A stretch of 59,872 nt of DNA from Octopus bimaculoides (Eukaryota). The stretch spans positions 25,771,877 to 25,831,748 of the forward strand of contig NC_068999.1 in NCBI RefSeq assembly GCF_001194135.2, read 5' to 3'. Both the position numbers and the translations under genes were made by a program. Under the pieces are notes generated by a model that saw only the letters and a list, made by a program, of their open reading frames with translations, made no database searches and was not told where the DNA came from. Below are positions 24,911 through 35,954 of the stretch, piece after piece. The stretch's first letter is position 1, and every line of letters begins with the position of its first letter.

Positions 24911-25668
24911 ATGTTCATGCTTTCTCTAAAGCACAAATGATACACAAACAGCAGTTTCCAATGGAATTCAAGACATTTTCCAGAGCTCTAGAAGCTATTA
25001 AATAAAAAGAACCCTCCACTACAATATAAGCTAGTAAAATAAAATTAATAACAGAAAAACTAAATTCAACTAATTTTAATTTCACATCTCCTTTTTTGTT
25101 CATGCTGAAAGGCAGTAATACCTGAAGGGTTACATTATAAATGTTCAACAATTCTTCTAAGTGTAATTAAAACAGTGTTAAGTGGAGGATAATTAGAATG
25201 GACCAGATAATATTAAAGTAGATATAAATAACATCATTTATGAAGCTGGTACATCTGAATCACTATCAACTGCTACATAAGAGACACAAAGAAAAAACCC
25301 AAGGTTTTAAAGCTAATGGAGTTGGAAAATGTAGCAGAAAATATCATATGCTCCACCAAAGAAAGAAATGGGGGGGGGGGCAGTTCTTGAGTGGTGAATT
25401 TAACACTATCAACTGGCACTTGGGTACCTTTATCTTGGGTGCTCTTTAATAAGTATTTGGCTGAAATTAACTTCCTTTTTCTTACACTACCAGTCTCAAA
25501 GGTCTTAAAAGGGTCATGGACATTGTACTTTTAGCCTCTGAATGAGCCACCAATTCAGAACCTGGTCCAGCTAGGGTTTTATACTATCACTTGATACCTT
25601 AACTTTTCAGACATCTGGTCTTTTTAAAAAATCAGTTATTACAAATTTATAAATATATGTTTTCTTAC

Positions 25669-25806
25669 CTGTAGAGAGACACGTCCATACCGAACAATAT
25701 CAAATAAAGACCCATCTTTAGGCTCTTCCTCCATGTTGCTCATAGCAGCAGCTCCTTTCTTGTTAGATTGCTGCCCACCAGTTCCTCCTCGTCTTCTTTT
25801 TGCAGA
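25669..25806 (-). CDS. STAG1/2: STAG exon (138 nt): SAKRRRGG...KDGSLFDIVRYGRVSLQ
   Basis: ataatag| acceptor and |gtaag donor, phase 0 to 0. The end matches STAG1 TLFEVVKLGKSAMQ. Confidence 0.92.
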
Positions 25807-26503
25807 CTATTATAAGAGAATCACTTGAAATGAATTAAATTTACACACACAAATTTATAAAGACAAAAGGATCACCTAGCACTGATCTTAATTAGAAAAC
25901 AAACAATGTTCTAAGATACAAACAGAAGCAAATACAATACATAAACAAGCTCTGGTTTCACATGATTCTATATCTGATATCTTTATAACATCTATAATAT
26001 ATCAAATAATCTCTACATTCTTTGCAAAATTTCTTACAGTAAATCTTACTACTTAATAAATGAATCTGTTGGCCAAATAAATTTTTTAGTAGATAATAAG
26101 ACTGATATATCTTAGAACAATAATGTCAAATGTGTTTATAGATGGTGTCTCCACAACTATCCTCTTAAATAATCATATCCTTGGTGTATGAGCTTTAATG
26201 ATGCCACATCTGATCACACACGAACTTAGTACCAGGATCGAAGCTCTTTTAAACCAGTGGATTTATTAGAAATGGTAAAGCATCACACAAACAGTTGTCT
26301 TTAAGTCATTATGTGAAAAAACATCTTAAGGACATAATGACTCCACATGTAGGCACAATGCTACAAATCTGTAGTGGTTTCATATATATATATATATATA
26401 CATATATAAAAAATTTAGAGACAAACCACCACTCTACAACTCAGAACTAAGTATTATCAATTTGTGTATAATATTAAAATAAAGCTACACTGCTGCAACT
26501 TAC

Positions 26504-26585
26504 TGGTGCTTCATTTCTTCCTTTTCTTTTGCCTTTGATTTTTCCTTCCTCATAATCACTGTCTGAATCATTTTCTTGAGCAGCT
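26504..26585 (-). CDS. STAG1/2: STAG exon (82 nt): AAQENDSDSDYEEGKIKGKRKGRNEAP
   Basis: ctttgtag| acceptor and |gtaagt donor, phase 2 to 0. The acidic then KGKRK basic patch resembles the vertebrate STAG1 N-terminus. Confidence 0.85.
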
Positions 26586-27227
26586 CTACAAAGAAATAAG
26601 AAAAATACAAATTATCCAAGGCAGTGCTCCAGCATGGCTGCAGTCGAATGACTGAAGCAAGTAAAAGGTAAAAAAAACATCTGAATTGATGCTTGAAATA
26701 CTAGCAATTCTAAAATGATGATGGTGAAGTAAAACTCACTTAAGGTTAGTTTACAATGTTCAACATTCAGAATGTTTAACAATAGTCGTGTTGTTGTTCA
26801 GCTCCGATAAATGAAAAGTAATCCAGCCATAACCACTTCAACATTATCCAATGTGTCCCTTTCTAGAATGCTAGAGTGTAATTTGAGACTTGGCATTTAT
26901 TTCTACAGATGCCTGTGTAGTGTATCAATTTTATTTTTAGGTGTACAAATTCTGGTTTACTTAAAAGACAATTTAGAATTTCTTGATATCAAGAGTTATG
27001 AAAACACATTTGCAGCACAAAAGCAAGATACTAATTTAGCTTTCAGAAACAGTGAAGAAGCTATATTAAGACTGTTGTGAACCAAGAGTTTTTAATGTTT
27101 TAATATGTGATTTTAAAAGTATTTAGGTCATATTTCAGTAATATTAACACTTTATTTTCTAATTTACTGAACCCTCTTAGAATAAGATATAAAAATAACT
27201 GCAAATTAGTATTTAATTTGAATTAGA

Positions 27228-27420
27228 TGGCAAGCAAGTAAAAGCATTAGCACAATGGACAAAATATCAAGCAGCATTTCTTCTGGCACTTTATGTTCTG
27301 AGTTCAAATCTTACCAAGGTCAACTTCACATTTTGGGGTGGTGGTGGTGGTGAGTCAATAAAATAAAGTACCAATCAAGTAACTCCCACTAAAATTGTTG
27401 GCCTTGTGCCAAAATTTGAA
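27228..27420 (+). mobile_element. Second tRNA-like SINE family (partial copy also about 56120-56230)
   Basis: Shared ttctgagttcaaat...gtcaactt/cttgcc...ataaagta segment. Confidence 0.5.
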
Positions 27421-28883
27421 AGAATATTTAATTTGAACGAACTCAGATCCATAGTAAGTGAGGGAAATATGGGTGGGATGGTACCAAAAAATTGCAAGTA
27501 TCACAAAGAAAAGTGCCTGGTGTATAGATACACAGGAGAATTGATGAGAAAAAAAATGAGTGCCTACTGAATGGATTTAAATGAGAAGAAAACATTCTGC
27601 AAGACTGAAGGAGCAGAAACTATCACAGTTGCAATAGAAGAGACAGAAGAAACAATTTCAGAAAACTTGTAAAATGAGTTGGTGATTGAAAGTTTGTTAA
27701 CCAGACAGACAGCTTTTTCTTAAATGCATTCTTGAAATACACATGCTGTCTGTCCTATGTATGTGTGAGATATACTCTAAAGCAAGATATATTTTGTAAG
27801 GGATTAATGACATGTTCAAAGGTGAAATAGTTTCAGGTAATAAGATGGAGATCCATGCTTTATTGTAGCCAAATTTATAAAATGTAGAACAAGGGGAAAC
27901 TTGAAAATTACAAATAGATGTATTTTTCCATCTTGTTTACTGAATAATATTAATTTCCTCATTATTTCATATTTTCTCAAAAGCTGCTTCACTAAATAAC
28001 TATATAATATATTGTGTCTCCTAACAAGCACTAGACATATTTCCACAAAAAAAAAGCACATCAAGGTGTCAAATTATCTTCAGACTTTAAGATCTTGTCC
28101 CAATAATTATAATGCAAGGGTCTCTGCTAAGGATACCCAACAGTCAGGAGCTGGTGTTAAATCAGGTAAGAGATTAAGCCTTTTTTGTTCATGAATAAGT
28201 ACAAACTTAGTTTTCATAATATGGAAACTAGCAAAGTATTATTTCTAACTTTAGATATCTGAAACTAAGCTTCAAACAGCCCTGTTGTCATTCCATCTAG
28301 TAAAATAGGAGTGATAATAAGAGCTCATGTGAAATGTTTTGCTAAGCTCACAGAACTCCTCTCCCAAAAAGAGACATCTAGAAAATATATTTATTATATC
28401 TGACAATAGCAATGTCATAAATTCAACCAAATCTGAGTCAATTCAGCCTCTACAAGCTCAATTGACATTTTAAAAATAACAGCCAAATCTCCTTCAAATC
28501 ACATCTTAAAATAAGAACATAATCTTAACTGCATTACCCCTGAAAATAAAGTAGGATGGCCATGGCTAGATTGCTGTTGATCATTCATTTGCTAAATAAG
28601 GGCTGACTAAGAACTAAACAACTTTAGCTGTACACAAAATGAAATCCTGGTCTGATAAAAAAAATGAATGTAATACCATCAAATTATTTATTGCCAGCAA
28701 CTACAAGATATCATGTATGAACAGCAAACTCACATTACTTCTAACACAACACTATTTGTTCAATAAAGATTAAATCTTGTGAAAAACAGTATCAGAAGAG
28801 CAAGAAAGGATCAAAATGTGGAATGGTCAACAGTTTCAAGTAAAAAATTAGAAAATAAAATGGAAAATTTAAAAAGAACCAAC

Positions 28884-29227
28884 ATGGACAGTTCTGGTGG
28901 TACATCTAAAGTCTCATTGGATTCTTGAGGTACTGGTGGTACTGGTTGTGGTATGACTTGTGGAATACTTAGAGGAATTGTCTGTGAGATATCATGAGCA
29001 ATGACTTGCTGGAAATCATGGGGGATTGTAGATGGAATTCCTTGCGGTATTGCTTGAGGTAGCCCTTGAGGAAGACCTGATGGCATATTTGAGGGGATAA
29101 CAGGAACAATTTCCTGTTCAGCAATTGGTTGTAATCTTTTTCTTGGAATCTTCCCATTGTTAGCAACAGCAAGGGCAACTTCTCTGGCATTTTCCTTCGC
29201 CTTGCGTGTGGGTCTTGCACCAGGCAT
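28884..29227 (-). CDS. STAG1/2: Cohesin subunit SA (STAG) first visible coding exon, 114 codons + 2 nt, Pro/Gln/Ile-rich N-terminus
   Basis: Acceptor tttatttag|CG ATG at 29230/29229 and donor TCC AT|gttggt at 28884/28883. The phase-2 end matches the next exon (AT+A=Ile). Assigned to STAG by splice-phase chain, not by homology of this exon. Confidence 0.8.
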
Positions 29228-29334
29228 CGCTAAATAAATAGAAAAAGAGCGATTTAAACATTTGCTTTCAAAAAAATAAATATCAAATACTTTACAATTG
29301 GTAAATGTTGTGCCAATACAAAAACAATTATTGT

Positions 29335-29690
29335 TTACTTGCTTCAGTCACTGGGCTCGTCATACAGGGGCACCACCTTAGTCAAAAAAATTGACCCCAG
29401 TACTTGTTTTGAGTATGGTACTTATCTCCTGTTTCTTTTGCTAAACTGCTAAGTTATGGAGACACAAACAAACCAACACTGGTTGTCAAACAGTGGTAGG
29501 GAGACAGACACACACACATATATACATACATCACAGGCTCATACATAGTTTCAACCTTCAAATTCACTCATGGTATCAGACAGGCCAGGGTTATAGTAGA
29601 AGGCATTTTCCCCAAGGTGCCACACAGTGGGATTGAACCTGAAACCATGTGGTTGTGAAGTGAGCTTCTAAACCACTCAGCCATGCCTGT
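29335..29690 (-). mobile_element. tRNA-derived SINE just upstream of the STAG ATG exon
   Basis: Reverse complement similar to the 36127-36505 copy, with A/B-box-like head gctgagtggtttagaagc...ggttcaatccc. Confidence 0.75.
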
Positions 29691-32399
29691 AGAGTTTACC
29701 ATAACTTGTTACATAGTCAAGTTCAGTTCATATAATAGTCTAAAGGAAGACATAATTATAAACATGACCAAGGAATATTACATGAAGTATAATTCAAAAT
29801 ATAGATATTTATAATGTATGTAAATAATAGTTGCCCTAAAGAGAAAAAATTAATATTTCTCACAGAAAAGTAACACTGATTTCTTTCAACGAGACATTTT
29901 TTTTCTTTTGTGAGAAGATAATTGACTGACTCAACCTCAGAGCATTACTCTATTAAACATAGAAGAATGAAAAGCTAAGTCAAATCCAGCAAAATTTTGT
30001 TGAACTAAAAGTGTATTATTTATAAGGGGTGCACTAGAAATAATAGTATTCTTTGATAATGAATCAATCCCAAACATTAGCATACATTTTTTTTATATAT
30101 AGCTCAGTGTTCCTTTGTGAGTCTCAGTGTGTTACTAAAGGGCATGTTACATTTTCCTATTTACTAAACCAACTGTAAATTTTTTGCAGTTTTCTTCTTT
30201 ACAAACAATTTGTGGTAGGTATAGCTAGCCCAAGTTCTCTTTAAACATTTCCCAATAAGCCAGCTTAAAACTGAATCAGTGTCAGAAATAAATTCTAGCT
30301 AGAACAAGTGATAAACAGATTTAGTTTAAGATCTATGGGGCAGTGTTGGGTTCAGGGAATAAGGGCCAGGACTAATTTTTACACAATATAGCTATTTGAT
30401 TATTTACTAGCAAATGCTAAATTGGATTTGTATCTACTGCTAAATGATTTTATCTGCTGAGCATTATGGATTAATCTGTTTGCTCACTGCCCAGTAATTA
30501 AGTTCTTTTCTGTTTTAGTATCTTGGTTAACACCATTAAATATCATGGCCATGGTTTTGACAAGTTTACAAGTAGTAAGTACTTCAGATGCAAGAAAATG
30601 CATAAGGAGAAGTCTTCAGCACTGTAGACTATTGTTATTTCTAATTCCATGTACTGATAAAAAATTTGTTTAAATAGTGCTTCTTTTCACAAATAATGCA
30701 TTTTAGTATTTATTGAGCTTTTAGGTTTGGGGCATTGAAGATTTCTTTACGTTTCTAAGCATAGGATACCACAGGTGAGGTTAATATTCTATCTGAATAC
30801 TTGGAGTTGATGAGCAAAGGCAGCAATTACAGATGAATGAAGTCGCTGGAGAAAGGTGAATGAAATGGGTTTATGGAAATGTGATTAGTTAACAAAATCA
30901 ATATAGAAATAACAATGGAGGTTTGCTTTATGAAACAGATTTTGGGAATTTGCTCCAGAACTAGAAAGAGAGGAAGGTATTTTAATGGAAACTGGTTTTA
31001 TATCTTAATTTTCATTTTTTTTAAAATTTAAATAACTGGTAGAAACCAAGCCAAATCAGACAGGAACCTAGTTCAGCTCTCCTGCTTGCCAGCTCTGGCC
31101 AAACAGTCCAACCCATGCCAGCATGGAAAACAGACATTAAAGGATGATGATGACAGTCAGAAAAAGGATGGCATTGTCCATGGTTCTTTGCAGAGCCTCC
31201 AAAGGAAGGAGATAAGTATCTTCAAACTAGTGACCACAGGGTTTAATACTTCCAACAGAGAGAGAAAGTACCCAGCAAAGGTCACTAATGAGCTAGCTGG
31301 TGCTGTTAAACTGGATGATGAATGTAGTCTACTACCTCTTCAAGGATTTACAATTCTGAAAAAGTGATGCATATTGGTTCATTACGATACCTGAAAGTTC
31401 AGAAATTGAAAGGCTCAACATTTTCGCATTTTAGAAGTGAGCTGTTCATCAGTGGACATGTTTTCTTTACCAATTCCCCAATTCATGTTTAAAGAAAGGT
31501 ATTGAGGCCATTTGTGGGTAAGGCCAGTATGTAGGAAACAAAGTTGTTTCACCCAGATTAGCCTTAACAAAATAAAACTTTGAATGATGGCATTCCATTC
31601 ATGGCCATCCAGTTTTCCCCTTAAGCACAGTATACTCCAGACAACATTAAATATGTCTTCTCTTTTTTCAAACAGGCTGAGTGCCCATGTGGAAGCTCCC
31701 TCACTGGCTCATAAGTGACTGAGTAGAGTAGTAACATGTGTAAAAGATGTTATGATTTTAATTTTTACAAGGAAGAATGGCAGCAGCTTTGTCCTCTGCA
31801 AACTCACCAAGGCTGGTGAGGCTGAGATTTAGTTTGTACTTCTATAGGCTGAGGTTCATAGACAAAAAATAAGCAATGATGAAATTCAGAGTTCTAAGAT
31901 GGAGTACTGAGCAAAGTATTTCATGTGAGAATGTGGAATGAGACAGAACAGGAAGAATGACATACGAGTATGTCTGATAACCTGGGTAGAGGTTTAGCTA
32001 CAATTTAGAGGAATAGAACCCATTGCAGTAGATGTAGAAAGACTGAAACAATATATTAGCGAGCTTGGAGTAATAGCATTTTGTTATATTTGATTGTCAG
32101 ATCTTGACAAGAACATTTGTGTAGCAACAGGACCATCCTAGGTGGCACTATCCTTCATAGAGGATCAGCTTTATGAAAGCCAAAGTATTTTTTCTGGCCT
32201 TGAAGAAATCTTTTGGATGAAGTTTTAGCAACACATAACTTGGTCACCTGATTGCGGCCAAGCTGGAGCACCGCCTTGAAGGGCATTAGTCGAACGAAAC
32301 GATCCCTTATTTTTGAAACCTAGTACTTATTGTATTGTTTATTATGCCGAACTGCGAAGTTATGGGGATGTAAACACCGCAACATTAGTCAAATAAAGG

Positions 32400-32520
32400 G
32401 TTGGGCTCGAAATTCCACCAGAACACATGATGAAGGCTGGAGAGTACATCAGCCGAAACGTTGTGATAACAACAAACACGATGAGGACACCCATCTCTCC
32501 ATTGTAAATAATGTACAGCC
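32400..32520 (+). mobile_element. Family A hammerhead tail without head, next to a truncated SINE of another family
   Basis: AACAC-ATGATGA-AGGCTG...TCAGCC-GAAA-CGT-T-GTGAT at 32422-32467, followed by the aacaacaaac..gatgaggac tail. Confidence 0.7.
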
Positions 32521-33299
32521 ACAGCGGTTATAAGCGGTGACGGTGTATCAAAGACACACACATAGATACATACAAACATATATCGGCCGAAAAATGGATA
32601 TTTTTTAATGAAATTTTCTACGAATATGTGTTATATCATGTAGATTCCAAATATACAAACTTTTGGCGGGGGGATACACATGAACGAAGTCCCATGAAGT
32701 TTTTATTCTTTCTGAATGAAGAACACAAACATATTGAATATCGTGTTTGCTTCTATCAGGACCGTTTACCTTTAAAGCATAAAATGCAAAACCGATGTAT
32801 ACGACAGGTATGTAAAACATATTTTGGTGTATTTTCTCTGTTCATTCGCAAGCGCAAACACACAAGCCGTTCAGTTTCACTTTTAGACAGCGGGATGGGG
32901 TAGCGAGGGGTGTATGAATCAATTTTGGAGTTTCCTCAGAAAATTTGAAATTAATTTTTTTTCCATATTCTTAATCTCCATATTTTCCCACGTAGTTTGA
33001 AAAAAAAAATTCGAAAACGAGTTTTAAAATTTAAAAATTTGGGGTGGGGAGGGGGGTAATCGAAAATTTTGAGAACAGATTTTGGCATATTCAGAATCTC
33101 CGTCATCGAAAACAGGAATCCGCTGAGAATTTTTTTTTAAAAGGTGGATTGATTTTTTTCGTGCTGGTGTACTTGTAAACAGTAACCATTTAATCATTGG
33201 CGATCTTAAGGTACGAGACCTAAATATCGATTCTTTGTGGACATGTTGGGACAAATGCCGTCTCCAGTTATTTCACTTTCTGGATCATAAACCGAACGT

Positions 33300-34950
33300 G
33301 TATACACACACACACACAGAAGCATACCTTAACTTACATTGTTTCGAGTTGTTTATTAATGCGAAAACATGTACACAAGTAAAACAAGTATGAAGCTAAT
33401 AAATCTTTCAAGTGTTTCTTTTTTCGTGTTACGTCGTTTTCCGAGTCAAGTCGCATGTCTTGGAACCAATTATTAACGTAAGTTAAGGTAAACAGGTGCA
33501 CAATTTTCAATGTTACGTGTCAAAAACTAAGATCGTGAGTTGAAATTGTAATTGACTTCAAATATAGAGAAAATATATGTCCAAGACAAAAATTAGATAT
33601 CCTTAATCACTGATATATAATTGTAAGGGAAGCTATCAAGTAAACTTAATTCCAGACGTTTTTCTTTCCTATAAACGAAATGGCTCACCAATCTCAACTA
33701 ATATTATTTGTATTTGTCTTCAAGCAGGAGCAGATAATATTGATTTCATCCAGGAAATAATTAGTTGTGTTTATGAAATAATTTAAAAAATACAGCTTAC
33801 ATTTTATGATTTTTTTCCAATTCATAAAATGTAACCCGTGTTGTAATAGTGTTTCAGTTTTGAAAGAAAGCACCTATTATCAGTGTGTAATATAATTTTT
33901 AAAAAATGAAATAATGAAGATAAACGATAATCTCATTGAGGTTTACTGAGATATATAAACTGCAAATTTCTCACTGTAAGATTTTAAGTGACGAATGCAG
34001 CATATCAAAATGTTACGCGTAAGAATGGTTGTTTTCGTGATTAGAAAAATATGGACATTTTCAGTGAGAAAATATCCAAATCTATATTTATTGCTTGTTT
34101 TAGAAAGAAAATTCAAGGGTCCACAGCCAACTAGTTGAAACTAGCAAGAGAATTACACAAAAACTACTTTCAAAGTCTGATGCGTATTTGAAAAACGCAA
34201 GCAAATAGCAATACAATAACACTATCAATAAAGATTCCACCATTTTAGAAAGTAGGTACAATTTAAGTAGAATTAATAGTATCCAACGTAATAAAATCAA
34301 ATACATTTAAATAAAATGAGTTTCTTGGCTAACGATATAACTGGGAATAAATGCTTCCAATATATAAATAAATTGTTTCAAAAAAAAACACAAACCGTGA
34401 GATGTTGACAAAATATATAATCCAAAAACAGTTTAATGCATTTCTGGCGGGAAGTACCACGGAATTGACCGAGATTTTACGACAAATTAATCACGTGATC
34501 GACGAAGCTTTATTTCCCCCACGTCGTTTGAAAGTTCAATCGATCTATTTACTTTTTGTAAAACAACGATGCCAAAGGTAAATATATATGCATTTTTGCT
34601 TTCCAAGACAAAGGAAATTGCTCTTGGCTTTTTTTTTTTTTTTAAATGTGTAGTTAAACTTGTATTTATTTATACTTTTTATAAAACCTTTGGCGAATTT
34701 AACTTTAGCCGAACAATTTCGAACTGGCTTTGCTTGAAACGTAAACTATCTTGTTTTGCCGCGGCAAACGAGCTCGTTCATATTTGCGAACTTGTTTACA
34801 TGGTTTTCTGCGGTTTTACTAAAATCTATAGGAATAGTTATAATTCGAAGATAGTATATACCCCTTCTTGTTAATTTCACCAGTCTGCCACAGCCCGAAA
34901 ATCTCATAGGTAAAAAACTCAATCTGCCGGACTATTCTGCTTCCACTTAA
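33300..34950. promoter_or_regulatory. Candidate bidirectional promoter / 5' exon region between STAG (-) and CDC20-like (+)
   Basis: Visibly CpG-richer than the introns. Motifs: GGCGGGAA 34446-34453, TCACGTGA 34491-34498, TTTGAA 34527-34532, palindrome TTTGCCGCGGCAAA 34755-34768. Minus-strand donors lie next to 33328 and 33338. Confidence 0.5.
34569..34577 (+). CDS. Candidate first coding micro-exon ATG CCA AAG of the CDC20-like gene
   Basis: ATG followed by a strong AAG|gtaaat donor just downstream of the promoter-like region; phase 0. The link to CDC20 is inferred only. Confidence 0.3.
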
Positions 34951-35036
34951 CCAATATACGAAGATGACTTGAATTAGCATACCTACTTCATTGTGCCCCC
35001 TCCACTTTGTTTTTCATATAACTCAGAAAAAAAAAA

Positions 35037-35325
35037 TTTTAAGGAAATTTTCTACAAATACCTTTCAGATGATAGAGATTCCGATTATTTCGAAATTTAA
35101 TGAAAGATAAACAAAAAAAGTTGGTGGGCGTGCACACATACATGCTGATTGACACACCACACTTTTTCAAAATTTCAAGTTTAATTTTGTAGATATGTGA
35201 TGTATCTTTATGTATGCATGTTTGTGCTCTCAACATTTTTATTTTTTCTGCATTAAATTACAATATAATCTGGTTCTGGCAACCATCTGAAAGGTATTTG
35301 TAGAAAGTTTCCTTAAAAAATATCC
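35037..35325. repeat. Short inverted-repeat element (MITE-like)
   Basis: ttaaggaaattttctacaaatacctttcagatg vs catctgaaaggtatttgtagaaagtttccttaa; a related motif occurs near 32600. Confidence 0.55.
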
Positions 35326-35954
35326 ATTTTTTAAAAGTTTCTGAGGAAACACATTCGGAGATGGTGTGCATACTTGTGTAGGTTGTAACCTTAAGTTTAT
35401 GTCCATAAAATTAAAAAAAAGTGACTTGGCATATAAAAGCTGGGATCTTTCTGATTTGGCGGACACCATTTTTTATTTAGTGTGCTTTCTACCGAAACAC
35501 TTTAAAACTTCGTATACTTATATATTTTGTCTTATAGAACAGAGAAAAAAATTTTATATTCGAAGTTATTTCATGTTAAAAATTGTATTTCGGTAATTTC
35601 AACCAATCACTGACGTCTATTGAAGTGAAAACAATTACTGCTGTGGTTTGTCAACAACACGTTGTGGCGGTGTAATGGGATCTTTTCCCTTGTATAAAAT
35701 TAGTGCGGTTGTTTGTCAACAACAACTATCGGCGGTACTGTTATTTATGACATCGTTCGTGCGTTTGTACTGGTTTTAGTTTTAGGGTTCTGGTTATGAG
35801 TATTTTTGCCAAATAACTATTCTATTCATTATATATATTGTTTCCGGTATAAATTAATATTACGAAGAAATATTACCAGTCCCTGACACATTGGGGGGAA
35901 AAATTGCTGGTATGCCACATCAGATAGTTTGAGAAACACTGATTTAAGATGCAA

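Noticed and set aside
31415-31460. CTGATGA...GAAA spacing on the minus strand
   Set aside because: No convincing stems I-III.
35055-35110. CAGATGA...GAAA pseudo-hammerhead in an inverted-repeat arm
   Set aside because: The core is mutated and the helices are weak or misregistered.
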